Shown: one piece after another, positions 16,714-25,343 of the stretch | Position numbering within the stretch: the stretch's first letter is position 1 | Layout: each line of letters starts with the position of its first letter | Virus record (IMG/VR): IMGVR_UViG_3300048918_000107 | Strand: one strand, 5' to 3' | Source of the DNA: a virus | DNA: 64,000 nt | The notes under the pieces: model-generated | Databases searched by the model: none | The model's input: the letters and a program-made list of their open reading frames with translations, nothing else | Told to the model about the DNA's origin: nothing | Position numbers and translations under genes: made by a program

Positions 16714-17754
16714 ATGAGCGCACCAGCTAACATCATCAACCACATCGTGCTTGTTCTGGACGCCAGCACCTCCATGCAGGGCCGCAACGCTCAAGCCCTG
16801 GTCAAGGTGGCCGACAACCAGATCGCACACCTGGCCGAGCGGTCCAAGGACCTAGACCAGGAGACCCGCATCACGGTCTATACGTTCGGCAGCCACGACC
16901 GCGCCGGATATCCAGCAAAGATCGACTGCCTGATCTACGACAAGGACGTGCTGCGAATGCCGTCCATCGCTGGGCTGTACAAGCCGTTCGGCAACACCCC
17001 GCTGATCGACGCCAGCTACCAGGCCATCACTGAGTTGGGTGAGACCCCTGAACGCTACGGTGAGCACAGCTTCCTGGTCTACGTACTCACCGACGGCATG
17101 GAGAACATTTCCAAGCACGGTCAGGACGACCTGCGCTTTAAGATCGCCCGTCTGCCCGAGCACTGGACGGTGGCCACATTCGTTCCTGACGAGCGCGGCA
17201 AGGCTTACGCCCGCGACGCCGGATTCCCGTTCGACAACATCGCGGTCTGGGACGTCAACGGCATGCAGGGCCTGGAGAAGGCGGGCGAGGTCATGCGCAA
17301 CGCCACCGAGAACTTCATGCAGGCCCGCGCCTACGCGCATCGCACCGGCACGACCTTCCGTGGCACTCGTTCGCTGTTCGACCTCAAGGACCCGAGCATC
17401 CGCGACGTCAAGAAGGTGCTGACCCCAGTGCCGCCACGCAATTACGACGTCTTCAACGTCACCGAGAAGTGCCGGATCGATGAGTTCGTGGAGGCTGAGA
17501 CCCGCGCGGCGTACAAGACCGGCAGCGCCTTCTACCAGCTCTCCAAGCGTGAGACGGTGCAGCCGCAGAAGCAGATCGCCATCATGGGTGCCAAGGGCGT
17601 CTACGTCGGCGCGGAGGCCCGCGAGCTGTTGGGTCTGCCCGATCATCACGTCAAGGTCGACCCGAACCACAACGTCGACTACGACGTGTTCATCCAGTCG
17701 ACCTCGGTCAACCGCAACCTGATGCCCAACACCAAGCTGCTGGTGTTCAAGTGA
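16714..17754 (+). CDS. von Willebrand factor A (vWA) domain protein
   Basis: MIDAS-like LVLDASTSM (DxSxS), followed by GNTPL and LTDGMEN motifs. Confidence 0.7.
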   Translation: MSAPANIINHIVLVLDASTSMQGRNAQALVKVADNQIAHLAERSKDLDQETRITVYTFGSHDRAGYPAKIDCLIYDKDVLRMPSIAGLYKPFGNTPLIDASYQAITELGETPERYGEHSFLVYVLTDGMENISKHGQDDLRFKIARLPEHWTVATFVPDERGKAYARDAGFPFDNIAVWDVNGMQGLEKAGEVMRNATENFMQARAYAHRTGTTFRGTRSLFDLKDPSIRDVKKVLTPVPPRNYDVFNVTEKCRIDEFVEAETRAAYKTGSAFYQLSKRETVQPQKQIAIMGAKGVYVGAEARELLGLPDHHVKVDPNHNVDYDVFIQSTSVNRNLMPNTKLLVFK

Positions 17755-17942
17755 CCCACGAGGAGGCCGTTGCGGGCATCGGGCGCATCGTGATCTACAA
17801 CGACGGCTACGGTCGCCGCGAGGAGGGCACTCTGGTGGACATGCCGCCCATCGGTGATAACGCCCGCGTGCGGTACAGCCACAACGACTGCAGCATCAAG
17901 AGCACCCCGCTGGACAAGCTGTCCTTCCTGGGCGGACCGTGA
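17751..17942 (+). CDS. hypothetical protein
   Basis: Track ORF with GTGA overlap. Confidence 0.55.
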   Translation: MTHEEAVAGIGRIVIYNDGYGRREEGTLVDMPPIGDNARVRYSHNDCSIKSTPLDKLSFLGGP

Positions 17943-18244
17943 AGTACCCCAAGTCCTGCAAGAAGTGTGGGCACTACCTGAAGGGTGCTTACGTCGACTG
18001 GAAGCTCGATGGGTCGCACCCCGTACACCTGAAGTGCCCACTCAGAAGGGGCATCGATTCATTGCCGATGCCCGGCGGAGCAGGGAAGTTCGGATACTAC
18101 TTTCCGGGAGAGCCCGGCAGACTAAGCTGGATGAACGACTGGCGCGTCAGCTGGGCCATCCTGGACAGTGAGCTGTATGAGCGTTCCGAAGTACTGCGCC
18201 GGGAGCTGAACGGCTTGCTTCACACGTGGAGGTCATCAATATGA
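17939..18244 (+). CDS. hypothetical protein with CxxC motif
   Basis: Track ORF with GTGA overlap. Confidence 0.55.
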   Translation: MKYPKSCKKCGHYLKGAYVDWKLDGSHPVHLKCPLRRGIDSLPMPGGAGKFGYYFPGEPGRLSWMNDWRVSWAILDSELYERSEVLRRELNGLLHTWRSSI

Positions 18245-18483
18245 AGCTGACATTCAAGGAGTTCGTCCCAGGTGGACGGCAGGATCGCCGGGGCAGATAC
18301 CGCCTGTTTTCCCGGTCGAGCACGCAAGGTCCTCGGCTGGAGATCGAAGACATCGATCAGGGACTGTTCACGCTTAAGGCCGAGGTGCCCGGCGGCGTTC
18401 TGGTTATCGAGATGAGCGCCATGGAGATGAGCGCGATGGTGGGCGATGCCTTTCGTATTCATGGAGTACTGCGAGACCGGTGA
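18241..18483 (+). CDS. hypothetical protein
   Basis: ATGA overlap. In frame with track ORF 18226. Confidence 0.55.
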   Translation: MKLTFKEFVPGGRQDRRGRYRLFSRSSTQGPRLEIEDIDQGLFTLKAEVPGGVLVIEMSAMEMSAMVGDAFRIHGVLRDR

Positions 18484-18641
18484 ACAAGCCTGATGCTCGG
18501 TACTCGCAGATCGACTGCGATCGATGTGGAGCCAAGCCGGGCGAGTCCTGCGTCAAGGTGCGCGGACCTCGTGCTGGAGAGAAGTCTGACTGGCCGCACA
18601 TGGTCCGGCTGAAGACGACGCGTAGCTTCCACTCGGGTTGA
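18480..18641 (+). CDS. small CxxC-P-C-H zinc-finger-like protein (paralog family)
   Basis: GTGA overlap. Motif DCDRCGAKPGESCV...H. The stop TGA lies inside the next -35 TTGACT. Confidence 0.5.
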   Translation: MNKPDARYSQIDCDRCGAKPGESCVKVRGPRAGEKSDWPHMVRLKTTRSFHSG

Positions 18642-18666
18642 CTTTCCTTCTAGGAACTGTCAGCAT
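18638..18666 (+). promoter_or_regulatory. early-type promoter
   Basis: TTGACT-17 nt-CAGCAT. The upstream 28 nt are identical to the 12421 copy. Leaderless ATG 18673. Confidence 0.6.
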
Positions 18667-18672
18667 TCAGTC

Positions 18673-19029
18673 ATGAGAATCTTCTTCACCACGAACCGCA
18701 GGGATGCCGGGCATCATGAGCGTTGCCGAGAGATCACTGAGGAGCAGGCTCAAGCCTTGGAGAACACCGGGGCTGGGCATGTCGTTCGGGGCAACAATGA
18801 GGGCTTCTTCATGATGCCAGGCCCTGGCAACTGCTGGATCGAGACGGTGGAGGGGAACTGCCCGCACTGCGGCTGCATGGCCAAGCTGCACACTAAGCGC
18901 AACCGTGACTTCACCGCGCCGATCGAGAGCGGCTGGGATTGGGGTACCGAGTGCACCGGCTGCGGCTGTCGTGAGGACATCCCGCACGGCAAGGTCGAAT
19001 CTGTTTTGGGGGCTTGCGAAACTTTCTAG
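18673..19029 (+). CDS. hypothetical Cys-rich protein (leaderless start)
   Basis: Track ORF. The ATG lies 7 nt after -10 CAGCAT. The stop TAG lies inside the next TTCTAGGA box. Confidence 0.6.
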   Translation: MRIFFTTNRRDAGHHERCREITEEQAQALENTGAGHVVRGNNEGFFMMPGPGNCWIETVEGNCPHCGCMAKLHTKRNRDFTAPIESGWDWGTECTGCGCREDIPHGKVESVLGACETF

Positions 19030-19042
19030 GACCTGCCATACT
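19014..19042 (+). promoter_or_regulatory. early-type promoter
   Basis: TTGCGA-17 nt-CATACT with a TTCTAGGACCTG box. Confidence 0.6.
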
Positions 19043-19072
19043 TGATTCACACCCACGGAGAAGGAGAACCCC

Positions 19073-19330
19073 ATGAAGATCGTCAACAAGCTCCCCATCG
19101 TCCAGTTCCTCCGCACCCAGGGCATCCCGGTCTCCGAGGCTCTGTTCGCGGGCGTCATTCTCGGCGATCAGGGCATCGACGTTCACGCCGTGCGTGACGC
19201 CTTCGACATCAACGTCAAGAACCCGGTCCACCTTGCCGCCGTCGAGGCTGCTCTGGAAGAAGCCAAGGACCGCGTGCTCGCCCGTGAGGCTCTGCGCGCC
19301 GCTTACGCTGTCGCGGGGGTGGCAGCCTGA
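19073..19330 (+). CDS. hypothetical protein
   Basis: Track ORF preceded by the CACACCCACGGAGAAGGAGAA leader. Confidence 0.6.
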   Translation: MKIVNKLPIVQFLRTQGIPVSEALFAGVILGDQGIDVHAVRDAFDINVKNPVHLAAVEAALEEAKDRVLAREALRAAYAVAGVAA

Positions 19331-19584
19331 TGGCGGAGGCATCACGCATCAGGCTGGGCAAGCTCACGGAGTGGGCCACGCAGCCCGGTCACTGCACGGA
19401 TGATCGATTCATCCGCGTCTGCTGCAGCCACATCAACGCCGAGCGCAAGATCGATGACCTGACCATGCAGCTGGACAGGTCGCGCCGTGAGGCCATGATC
19501 TTGCGCCAGGCTCTGCAGTCCATCGAGACGCAGGCTGACGACGCTTTGGCAGGTCGTCCCACCATGACAGCGAGGATCGGATGA
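19330..19584 (+). CDS. hypothetical protein
   Basis: Track ORF with TGATG overlap. Confidence 0.55.
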   Translation: MAEASRIRLGKLTEWATQPGHCTDDRFIRVCCSHINAERKIDDLTMQLDRSRREAMILRQALQSIETQADDALAGRPTMTARIG

Positions 19585-19775
19585 CCGAGCTGGAGCGCCT
19601 ACAGGTGCGCATGGAGACCCTGGTGGAGGTACACGAGCGGGCTCAGCACGAGTACGACATCAATGACCTCAAGGGTCACTTGACGCACCTCAAGAGACAG
19701 ACCAGAAACAAGATCAGCCGAATCAAGAAGGGACAGCAGATTCGTGGCTATGGTTCAGCAATACTCCACCCCTGA
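19581..19775 (+). CDS. hypothetical protein
   Basis: Track ORF with ATGA overlap. Confidence 0.55.
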   Translation: MTELERLQVRMETLVEVHERAQHEYDINDLKGHLTHLKRQTRNKISRIKKGQQIRGYGSAILHP

Positions 19776-20058
19776 CGGCAGCATCTGGGAGCAGTCCAGC
19801 GAGCCGTTCACGTGGACGTTTATCCGGGTTGACAGTCCTGACAACTCTCACGAGGACGACTTCCGTCCACAGAAGTTCAACGAGGTGCTGAAGCACTGGG
19901 GTCCAATGTCTCTGCATGACCCGTATGCCGAAGAGCTGAATTGGCTCAAGTCGGTGCTCTTCGGCATTCACTGGACTTCTGATAGCGCATTGTTCGCCAA
20001 GCGCCTGCAGGGTGAGTTCCGCAAGAAGGACATACGCCTGGTTAAGGAGGAGGAATGA
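19744..20058 (+). CDS. hypothetical protein
   Basis: Track ORF. The start is uncertain (GTG 19744 or ATG 19750). Confidence 0.55.
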   Translation: MAMVQQYSTPDGSIWEQSSEPFTWTFIRVDSPDNSHEDDFRPQKFNEVLKHWGPMSLHDPYAEELNWLKSVLFGIHWTSDSALFAKRLQGEFRKKDIRLVKEEE

Positions 20059-20300
20059 TCTGGCTGCTGTGGCTGTACGGCGTCGGCGTCGTTGTTGCGC
20101 TGGTGATCGTGGTCTGTGACATCAGTCCGTTGGAGGTGGCACGCCAGGAGACCAGCACGATGGCGGCGGGGTGGACGTTCATCCTCTTCTGCTTCGTTTG
20201 CGTCATTTTGGCTGCAGCATGGCCGGTAGTGCTTGCCCTCCTGGGATTGGGCTGGATTGTCGGTACCGGTGTCGGCCTGCTGGTGAAAGGAAAGAGATGA
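20055..20300 (+). CDS. membrane protein
   Basis: Track ORF with ATGA overlap and three hydrophobic helices. Confidence 0.6.
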   Translation: MIWLLWLYGVGVVVALVIVVCDISPLEVARQETSTMAAGWTFILFCFVCVILAAAWPVVLALLGLGWIVGTGVGLLVKGKR

Positions 20301-21484
20301 CCACCCACGACGACAAGCTCTTCGCCGAGCTGGGCGCATTGTTCGCCAAGGCCAACCGGCAGCTTTTCCTGGTCGGCGGTTCGGTACGCGACATCACCTT
20401 GAGCCGTGAGGTCAAGGATTGGGACTTCACCACCAACGCCACGCCCGAGGAGATCGAAGAGATCGTCATCGACTGGTGTGACGCGCTGTGGGACGTGGGC
20501 CGGGACTTCGGCACCATCGCGCTGCGCAAGCGTGATGTAGACATCGAGATCACTACGTTCCGCATCGACGGCCCCGGACGCAAGCCCACGGTGGAGTTCT
20601 CCGACTCGCTGCTCGATGACCTGCGTCGCCGGGACTTTACCGTCAATGCGATGGCCTGCCCTGTGACTGCCGAGGGTATCGACTTCGGTGCGGAGTCCCT
20701 GATCGATCCGTTCGGCGGCATGGGACACCTGCTGCAGCGCGTCCTGGACACGCCGCGCTCTGCCGAGGAGTGCTTCAACGATGACCCGCTGCGCATGATG
20801 CGCGCAGCGCGTTTCTCCGCACAGTTGGGGTTCAATCCCTCCAAGCGGGTCATGGATGCATGCCGGGGACTGGGTCCGCGTATCAAGACCATCAGCGCCG
20901 AGCGCGTGCAGGCCGAGCTGACCAGGCTGCTCTCGGCACCCTTCCCGGAGAAGGGTGTGCGCTTCATGCACGACTCCAAACTGCTGCGGATCATCCTGCC
21001 GGGGGTGTCCGCGATCGACACCTACCAGATGCTGCTGGGCGACGACTGGCAGACCCGGCTGGCTGACCTGATGCGGCAGGTCGGGCCCTTCGCGGTGCGC
21101 GAGATCATGATGCGTCTGAAGATGAGCAACGCTGACATCCAGTTGGTCACGAACCTCGTGACGTGGGTCCATCGTTTCGAGAAGTCCACGTGGACCGATG
21201 GCGCTGTCCGCCGCCTCATCGCTGCCGCTGGAGAGGACCTGGAGCGAATTTTGACGCTCATGGGTGACATCACCCTGGATGCACGTGCTAGGGAGGTTTT
21301 GGAGCGCGAGGGACACCCGGAGCCGCCGCTGACCGGCAAGGAGATCATGGACGTCCTGGGCGTCGAGCCCGGACCTCGTGTTGGCGAGGCTCAGCGTTTC
21401 TTGTGGCAGTCTCGGCTGGACGGTGGTCCACAGACCAAGGACAACGCAGAAAGGACACTGAAGGCATGGGCGGCACTGTCGTGA
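20297..21484 (+). CDS. cca: tRNA nucleotidyltransferase (CCA-adding enzyme), class II
   Basis: Motifs GGSVRD, DWDFTT and RRDFTVNAMA. ATGA-coupled start inside track ORF 20171. Confidence 0.8.
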   Translation: MTTHDDKLFAELGALFAKANRQLFLVGGSVRDITLSREVKDWDFTTNATPEEIEEIVIDWCDALWDVGRDFGTIALRKRDVDIEITTFRIDGPGRKPTVEFSDSLLDDLRRRDFTVNAMACPVTAEGIDFGAESLIDPFGGMGHLLQRVLDTPRSAEECFNDDPLRMMRAARFSAQLGFNPSKRVMDACRGLGPRIKTISAERVQAELTRLLSAPFPEKGVRFMHDSKLLRIILPGVSAIDTYQMLLGDDWQTRLADLMRQVGPFAVREIMMRLKMSNADIQLVTNLVTWVHRFEKSTWTDGAVRRLIAAAGEDLERILTLMGDITLDARAREVLEREGHPEPPLTGKEIMDVLGVEPGPRVGEAQRFLWQSRLDGGPQTKDNAERTLKAWAALS

Positions 21485-21711
21485 AGTGGAGCGGCGGTGG
21501 CAACATATGGTGGTCGTCGGGTACCAATCGACGCTGGTATCTGACGCGACGCCGCTCCAAAGTGAACAGAGGTAGGCGCGTCGTGGGGTGGAACGTCTCG
21601 GTCAGACGTCCTGACGGCATCAGGGTGCTGCACAAGTGGTGCTGGACTCTCAGCGGTGCCAAGCGCTGGGCCGAGAATGAGGATCAGTTCTACAAGGAGA
21701 AGGCATCATGA
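21481..21711 (+). CDS. hypothetical basic Trp-rich protein
   Basis: GTGA overlap. An alternative ATG is at 21466. Confidence 0.5.
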   Translation: MKWSGGGNIWWSSGTNRRWYLTRRRSKVNRGRRVVGWNVSVRRPDGIRVLHKWCWTLSGAKRWAENEDQFYKEKAS

Positions 21712-22034
21712 GCACCTACCGCAATCGGTTTGGCCAGGAGGTCAAGATCGGTGACGTCGTCGGCTGGGGTCATCGCAGCGGAAACATGAGTCATCAGCAC
21801 GTTGGCCTCGTGCTGGGGGTCAAGGAACAGGACGGCAAGATCAAGACCACGTGCGCGTGGGTCGATGGTCCGAACACCCCGCGCCGTTCGGCGACCACCG
21901 ATCAGCTGTTTGTTCTGGACGTCAACACCTTGTCGCACGAGCTGTATTCCAAGATCGTGCAGACTGCCGCTCAGATTGTGGAGGAGCAGGCGAAGGCCGA
22001 GGAAGCGGACAGCAGTGTTCCGGTGGAGGCGTAA
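21708..22034 (+). CDS. hypothetical protein
   Basis: Track ORF with ATGA overlap. Confidence 0.6.
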   Translation: MSTYRNRFGQEVKIGDVVGWGHRSGNMSHQHVGLVLGVKEQDGKIKTTCAWVDGPNTPRRSATTDQLFVLDVNTLSHELYSKIVQTAAQIVEEQAKAEEADSSVPVEA

Positions 22035-22176
22035 GGCTGCGCACTGTCCGCACGGTCATCTCATTGGCATCTATGGTGACGCTGTCAACGCCTGCGGGGG
22101 TTGGCGGCTGCGTTGTGCGGACTGTGGCACCTACCTGGAGGGCCCGGTGAGTTTGGCACGCGACAGGACTTGCTAA
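22015..22176 (+). CDS. possible small zinc-ribbon protein
   Basis: GTG start with a GAGGAAG RBS. Cys pattern CPHGH...C...CADC. The stop TAA overlaps the next -35. Confidence 0.4.
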   Translation: MFRWRRKAAHCPHGHLIGIYGDAVNACGGWRLRCADCGTYLEGPVSLARDRTC

Positions 22177-22198
22177 TTCTTCTAGGACCTGCCATACT
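22170..22198 (+). promoter_or_regulatory. early-type promoter
   Basis: TTGCTA-17 nt-CATACT with a TTCTAGGACCTG box. Leaderless ATG 22205. Confidence 0.65.
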
Positions 22199-22204
22199 TA
22201 ACAC

Positions 22205-22474
22205 ATGGCAAACACCGAATTTGATCGCTGGCTCGACACCTTCGTTGACGAGAAGGGTCTCGACGTCGACCACGTCTTCACCGTTGAGACCAATGACTTC
22301 TGGGGCACGCACATGATTCCCCTGTCGGTCGTCATCGAGGCCGCACACAACACCACGCTTGACCAGCAGCACTCGATCAAGCAGACGCTGGTTCTGATCG
22401 ACTTCAAGAACGGAGACCCCATGCACTTCTTCGCCCATCTCGCTAAAGGTCTGGCGCTGGCAGGTGCGGCATGA
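22205..22474 (+). CDS. hypothetical protein (leaderless start)
   Basis: Track ORF. The ATG lies 7 nt after -10 CATACT. Confidence 0.65.
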   Translation: MANTEFDRWLDTFVDEKGLDVDHVFTVETNDFWGTHMIPLSVVIEAAHNTTLDQQHSIKQTLVLIDFKNGDPMHFFAHLAKGLALAGAA

Positions 22475-22641
22475 TCTGGTCTCTGTTCTTCGCCCTCTTC
22501 CTAATCGTCGGGGGAGCCATCCTCGTCTTCGGGGGTATCGCCCTGATCATCACTGTCATCACCGGGCCGAGCGAGGTCGCCGAGTACAAGACCACCGACG
22601 AGAAAGGTCGCCGTGACGGTCTGGGGGTGACCTACCCGTGA
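22471..22641 (+). CDS. 56-aa membrane protein
   Basis: ATGA overlap. Hydrophobic stretch IWSLFFALFLIVGGAILVFGGIALIITVI. Confidence 0.5.
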   Translation: MIWSLFFALFLIVGGAILVFGGIALIITVITGPSEVAEYKTTDEKGRRDGLGVTYP

Positions 22642-22808
22642 AGAAGATGAGTCAGGCGGAACGTCGCCGACGACAAGCCCAGTGCCAGGTGGTCTGGGAA
22701 GCTGCACAGGTCCTCAAGGCTCACCACGCCTCACACGAACTGATCGTCGCGCTCACCGAGTGGGCTGACAAGATCGCCCCACCACCTGAAGAGGTGACTA
22801 GGCCGTGA
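22638..22808 (+). CDS. hypothetical 56-aa protein
   Basis: GTGA overlap at both ends. Confidence 0.45.
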   Translation: MKKMSQAERRRRQAQCQVVWEAAQVLKAHHASHELIVALTEWADKIAPPPEEVTRP

Positions 22809-22954
22809 AGGAGGTTCGGGAGTGCTACCTGTGTCACCGCCGGGGAGAGCGCGGCTTTCATCGGATGTTGAGAGGAGACATCTCTCGATGGCGTTGTGAC
22901 AGCAGCCGAGCCTGTGACGATCGCCAGTATCGGAATTTCATGGGCCTGAAGTGA
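22805..22954 (+). CDS. possible 49-aa Cys-rich protein
   Basis: GTGA overlap followed by AAGGAGG-like sequence. Cys pattern CYLCH...C...C. Confidence 0.4.
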   Translation: MKEVRECYLCHRRGERGFHRMLRGDISRWRCDSSRACDDRQYRNFMGLK

Positions 22955-22963
22955 AGATGATCG

Positions 22964-22992
22964 TTTACAACTCCTAGAACACCATGTAGTAT
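22964..22992 (+). promoter_or_regulatory. promoter with inverted box, upstream of esterase gene
   Basis: TTTACA-17 nt-TAGTAT. The spacer contains TCCTAGAA, the reverse complement of TTCTAGGA. Confidence 0.55.
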
Positions 22993-23034
22993 TGATGTAG
23001 TAAGTTTCATCCCACCCACAGAAGGAAACACAAC

Positions 23035-24333
23035 ATGAAGATCGCACCTACGGCGTTGGTCGCGGCGGCACTGACCGCTGGCATCGCCTTCGCCCCTCTC
23101 GCCCAAGCAGCGGGCACCGACACCCTGTTCGTTCCCGGCACCGGCAGCACCAAGAAGGGTGCCTCTGACAAGGTCGATGCCGCATGGCTCGACGGCGGAC
23201 GTTGGGGCAAGGACCCGGTGTACTGCATCTGCGACAGCGACCAGTACCCTGCTGCGCTCGGCCCTGGCGTCGGTCAGGCGTCTGCCGATCAGGGCAAGGA
23301 GTCCACAGTCCAGTTCCTGCTGGCGCACCCCGAGGTCAAGAACGTCATCGCTGGCAGTCAGGGCGGCGGTGTCGCCTACGAAGCGGTGAATGACCCACGT
23401 CTGGCCGGTCGCGAACTGAACGTAGTGCTGTACTCCGACATGGACGCCCCGAACGGGATGCGCGCCCGTGCTGTCGGCGTCAACGACATTCCGTTCGTCG
23501 GCTTGCGGGGCGGCGTGCCGGTCACGCAGAACGATCCGAGCAAGGCCGTGACCGACATCGGCCACGAGTGGGACCCGGTGTTCCGGTCGCCCAAGTACCA
23601 GGCCAGCTGGGTCGTCACCATCCCCACCGGCATGGTTGGGTTCATCGTCTACCACAGCGCGCTGGGTGGCCCCTACGGTGCTATGCAGATCGACTACGCC
23701 GGGGCTAAGGTCGAGAAGGCCGCTGACGGTCGCACGATCATCACGATCAAGGACCCGCTCACTCCGTGGGGCCAGCTGGCGACGATCCTGGTGACCAACG
23801 TCGCCGGTCCCAAGGTCGGTTTCGCGTTCCAGACGCTCATCAAGCCGGTGGACGACATCGCTGCCGGGGTCCTGAACGCGGTCGGTGGCTACGACGAGAA
23901 GGGCGGCGCGACGGTCGGACCGACCTCGGCTGGTGAGGTTCAGCGGATGGCTCAGCGGTTTGCCGATGGCTTCACCAACGCGGCCAAGGACTTCGCTGCC
24001 ATTCCGCAGAAGCTGTCCCAGGGTCCCAAGCCCAAGGTGACCACGCCGCCGTCGCTACCTGCTGCGGAGACCCCTGTTGCCGTCGAGACCCCGGTTGTCG
24101 AGAAAGCCCAGGTCGCCAAGGTAACGCCGCAGGTCAAGACCACGCCCCGGACCAAGGCACCGAAGCCGTTCGGTGGCCCCGGCAACCCGGTGCACGACAC
24201 CATCAAGACGGTGCAGGGCGCGATCAACAACACCGTCAAGACCTGGTCTCCTAAGCCGAAGAAAGCGTCGGAGACCAAGGCCGATCAGGGTGGCGCTGAC
24301 AACGGCGGCAAGCACGCCAAGAAGGCGGGCTAG
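23035..24333 (+). CDS. secreted serine esterase, cutinase/PE-PPE-like (LysB-like candidate)
   Basis: Sec-type signal MKIAPTALVAAALTAGIAFAPLAQAAG. GxSxG nucleophile elbow AGSQGG. Pro/Lys/Thr-rich C-terminal tail. Confidence 0.65.
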   Translation: MKIAPTALVAAALTAGIAFAPLAQAAGTDTLFVPGTGSTKKGASDKVDAAWLDGGRWGKDPVYCICDSDQYPAALGPGVGQASADQGKESTVQFLLAHPEVKNVIAGSQGGGVAYEAVNDPRLAGRELNVVLYSDMDAPNGMRARAVGVNDIPFVGLRGGVPVTQNDPSKAVTDIGHEWDPVFRSPKYQASWVVTIPTGMVGFIVYHSALGGPYGAMQIDYAGAKVEKAADGRTIITIKDPLTPWGQLATILVTNVAGPKVGFAFQTLIKPVDDIAAGVLNAVGGYDEKGGATVGPTSAGEVQRMAQRFADGFTNAAKDFAAIPQKLSQGPKPKVTTPPSLPAAETPVAVETPVVEKAQVAKVTPQVKTTPRTKAPKPFGGPGNPVHDTIKTVQGAINNTVKTWSPKPKKASETKADQGGADNGGKHAKKAG

Positions 24334-24563
24334 TGCCTGATCTGGAAACCGAGGTGGTCGTCCTGCCAGCGCAGCCGCAGAACCTGGGCATCTGCTCCAA
24401 GTGTCTGCTGAACTGCTACTGGCAGGACGCTCCCGGTGGAGGTTGGTGGATTCATGAATGGCCCAATCGTCTGCTGGAAGCTCAAGTGAAAGCCGACCCC
24501 CGAAAGGTGCATGATGCAGACCCAGGTTGGGAGCCGACACAGCATGACGAGGACGTCATCTGA
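24333..24563 (+). CDS. hypothetical Cys/Trp-rich protein
   Basis: Track ORF. The GTG start overlaps the upstream TAG. Confidence 0.5.
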   Translation: MPDLETEVVVLPAQPQNLGICSKCLLNCYWQDAPGGGWWIHEWPNRLLEAQVKADPRKVHDADPGWEPTQHDEDVI

Positions 24564-24819
24564 CGTCATCCCGGTGTTCGCTCTGGATGGCTTTTGGGAC
24601 CTTCCCAGGCCCTCCGGGGTACCCCGGCACAACCTGCGCTACGACAGCCTCCTGACGGTCACCGACGGGAAGCTGGACTACCACTGCACTGGCTGTGGAG
24701 GTTGGGACAGCGACAACAACTGGAGTCACCCGATACCGCCGATGTGCGTGTTCAGTGCCAGCGACTTCATCGATCCGGCTACTGATCATTGGATGGTGGA
24801 CATTGAGCGAGCGACCTGA
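24511..24819 (+). CDS. hypothetical protein
   Basis: Track ORF. The start is uncertain, with an alternative ATG at 24544. Confidence 0.5.
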   Translation: MMQTQVGSRHSMTRTSSDVIPVFALDGFWDLPRPSGVPRHNLRYDSLLTVTDGKLDYHCTGCGGWDSDNNWSHPIPPMCVFSASDFIDPATDHWMVDIERAT

Positions 24820-25105
24820 CTACATCGAGTGCTGCAACCGTTGCCCTGGCAAGCGGTGTCCGGACTTCATCTGGGATCAGCTTCCAGTGCGACCCTTCGA
24901 GCTGCGTGGCCAGCTCATGGAGTTCAACTCCAAGATCAGGGCGCAGGTGTTGTTCGTGGAGCATCGCGACGGCGGCACTGATTCTTACGGCCCCTACAAC
25001 AGTCCGCTGATGATGTCTTATATCGCCGGGCTGGTCGTGGGAGACCTGGACGCGCGGGGCGTCCATCCTCGTGACATCGAGCTGTGGATGATGCCGTGCC
25101 TCTGA
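24803..25105 (+). CDS. hypothetical protein
   Basis: TTG start is inferred inside track ORF 24695. The start is uncertain. Confidence 0.45.
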   Translation: MSERPDYIECCNRCPGKRCPDFIWDQLPVRPFELRGQLMEFNSKIRAQVLFVEHRDGGTDSYGPYNSPLMMSYIAGLVVGDLDARGVHPRDIELWMMPCL

Positions 25106-25305
25106 CGTGGCGACTGCTCACCCCAGAGGAGGTAGCAGAGTGGAACCGGCAAGCAGAGGAAGAGCAACAGGAGATGCTGAAGCGCTGGCCGGTGAGCCAG
25201 CGACGTCCTCGCTGTCCGATGTGCGGGTGCTGGCTGAAGGAGAACGGCAACTGGTGGGACTGGCAGTGCAAACGGTGCGGGGCCAACGAGAGAAACACTC
25301 AGTAG
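25084..25305 (+). CDS. hypothetical protein with two CxxC pairs
   Basis: Track ORF. Cys pattern CPMCGC...CKRC. Confidence 0.5.
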   Translation: MDDAVPLTWRLLTPEEVAEWNRQAEEEQQEMLKRWPVSQRRPRCPMCGCWLKENGNWWDWQCKRCGANERNTQ

Positions 25306-25308
25306 GGG

Positions 25309-25337
25309 TTGCAATTCTTTCTAGGAACTGTCATACT
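25309..25337 (+). promoter_or_regulatory. early-type promoter
   Basis: TTGCAA-17 nt-CATACT with a TTCTAGGAACTG box. Leaderless ATG 25344. Confidence 0.65.
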
Positions 25338-25343
25338 TGAGTC

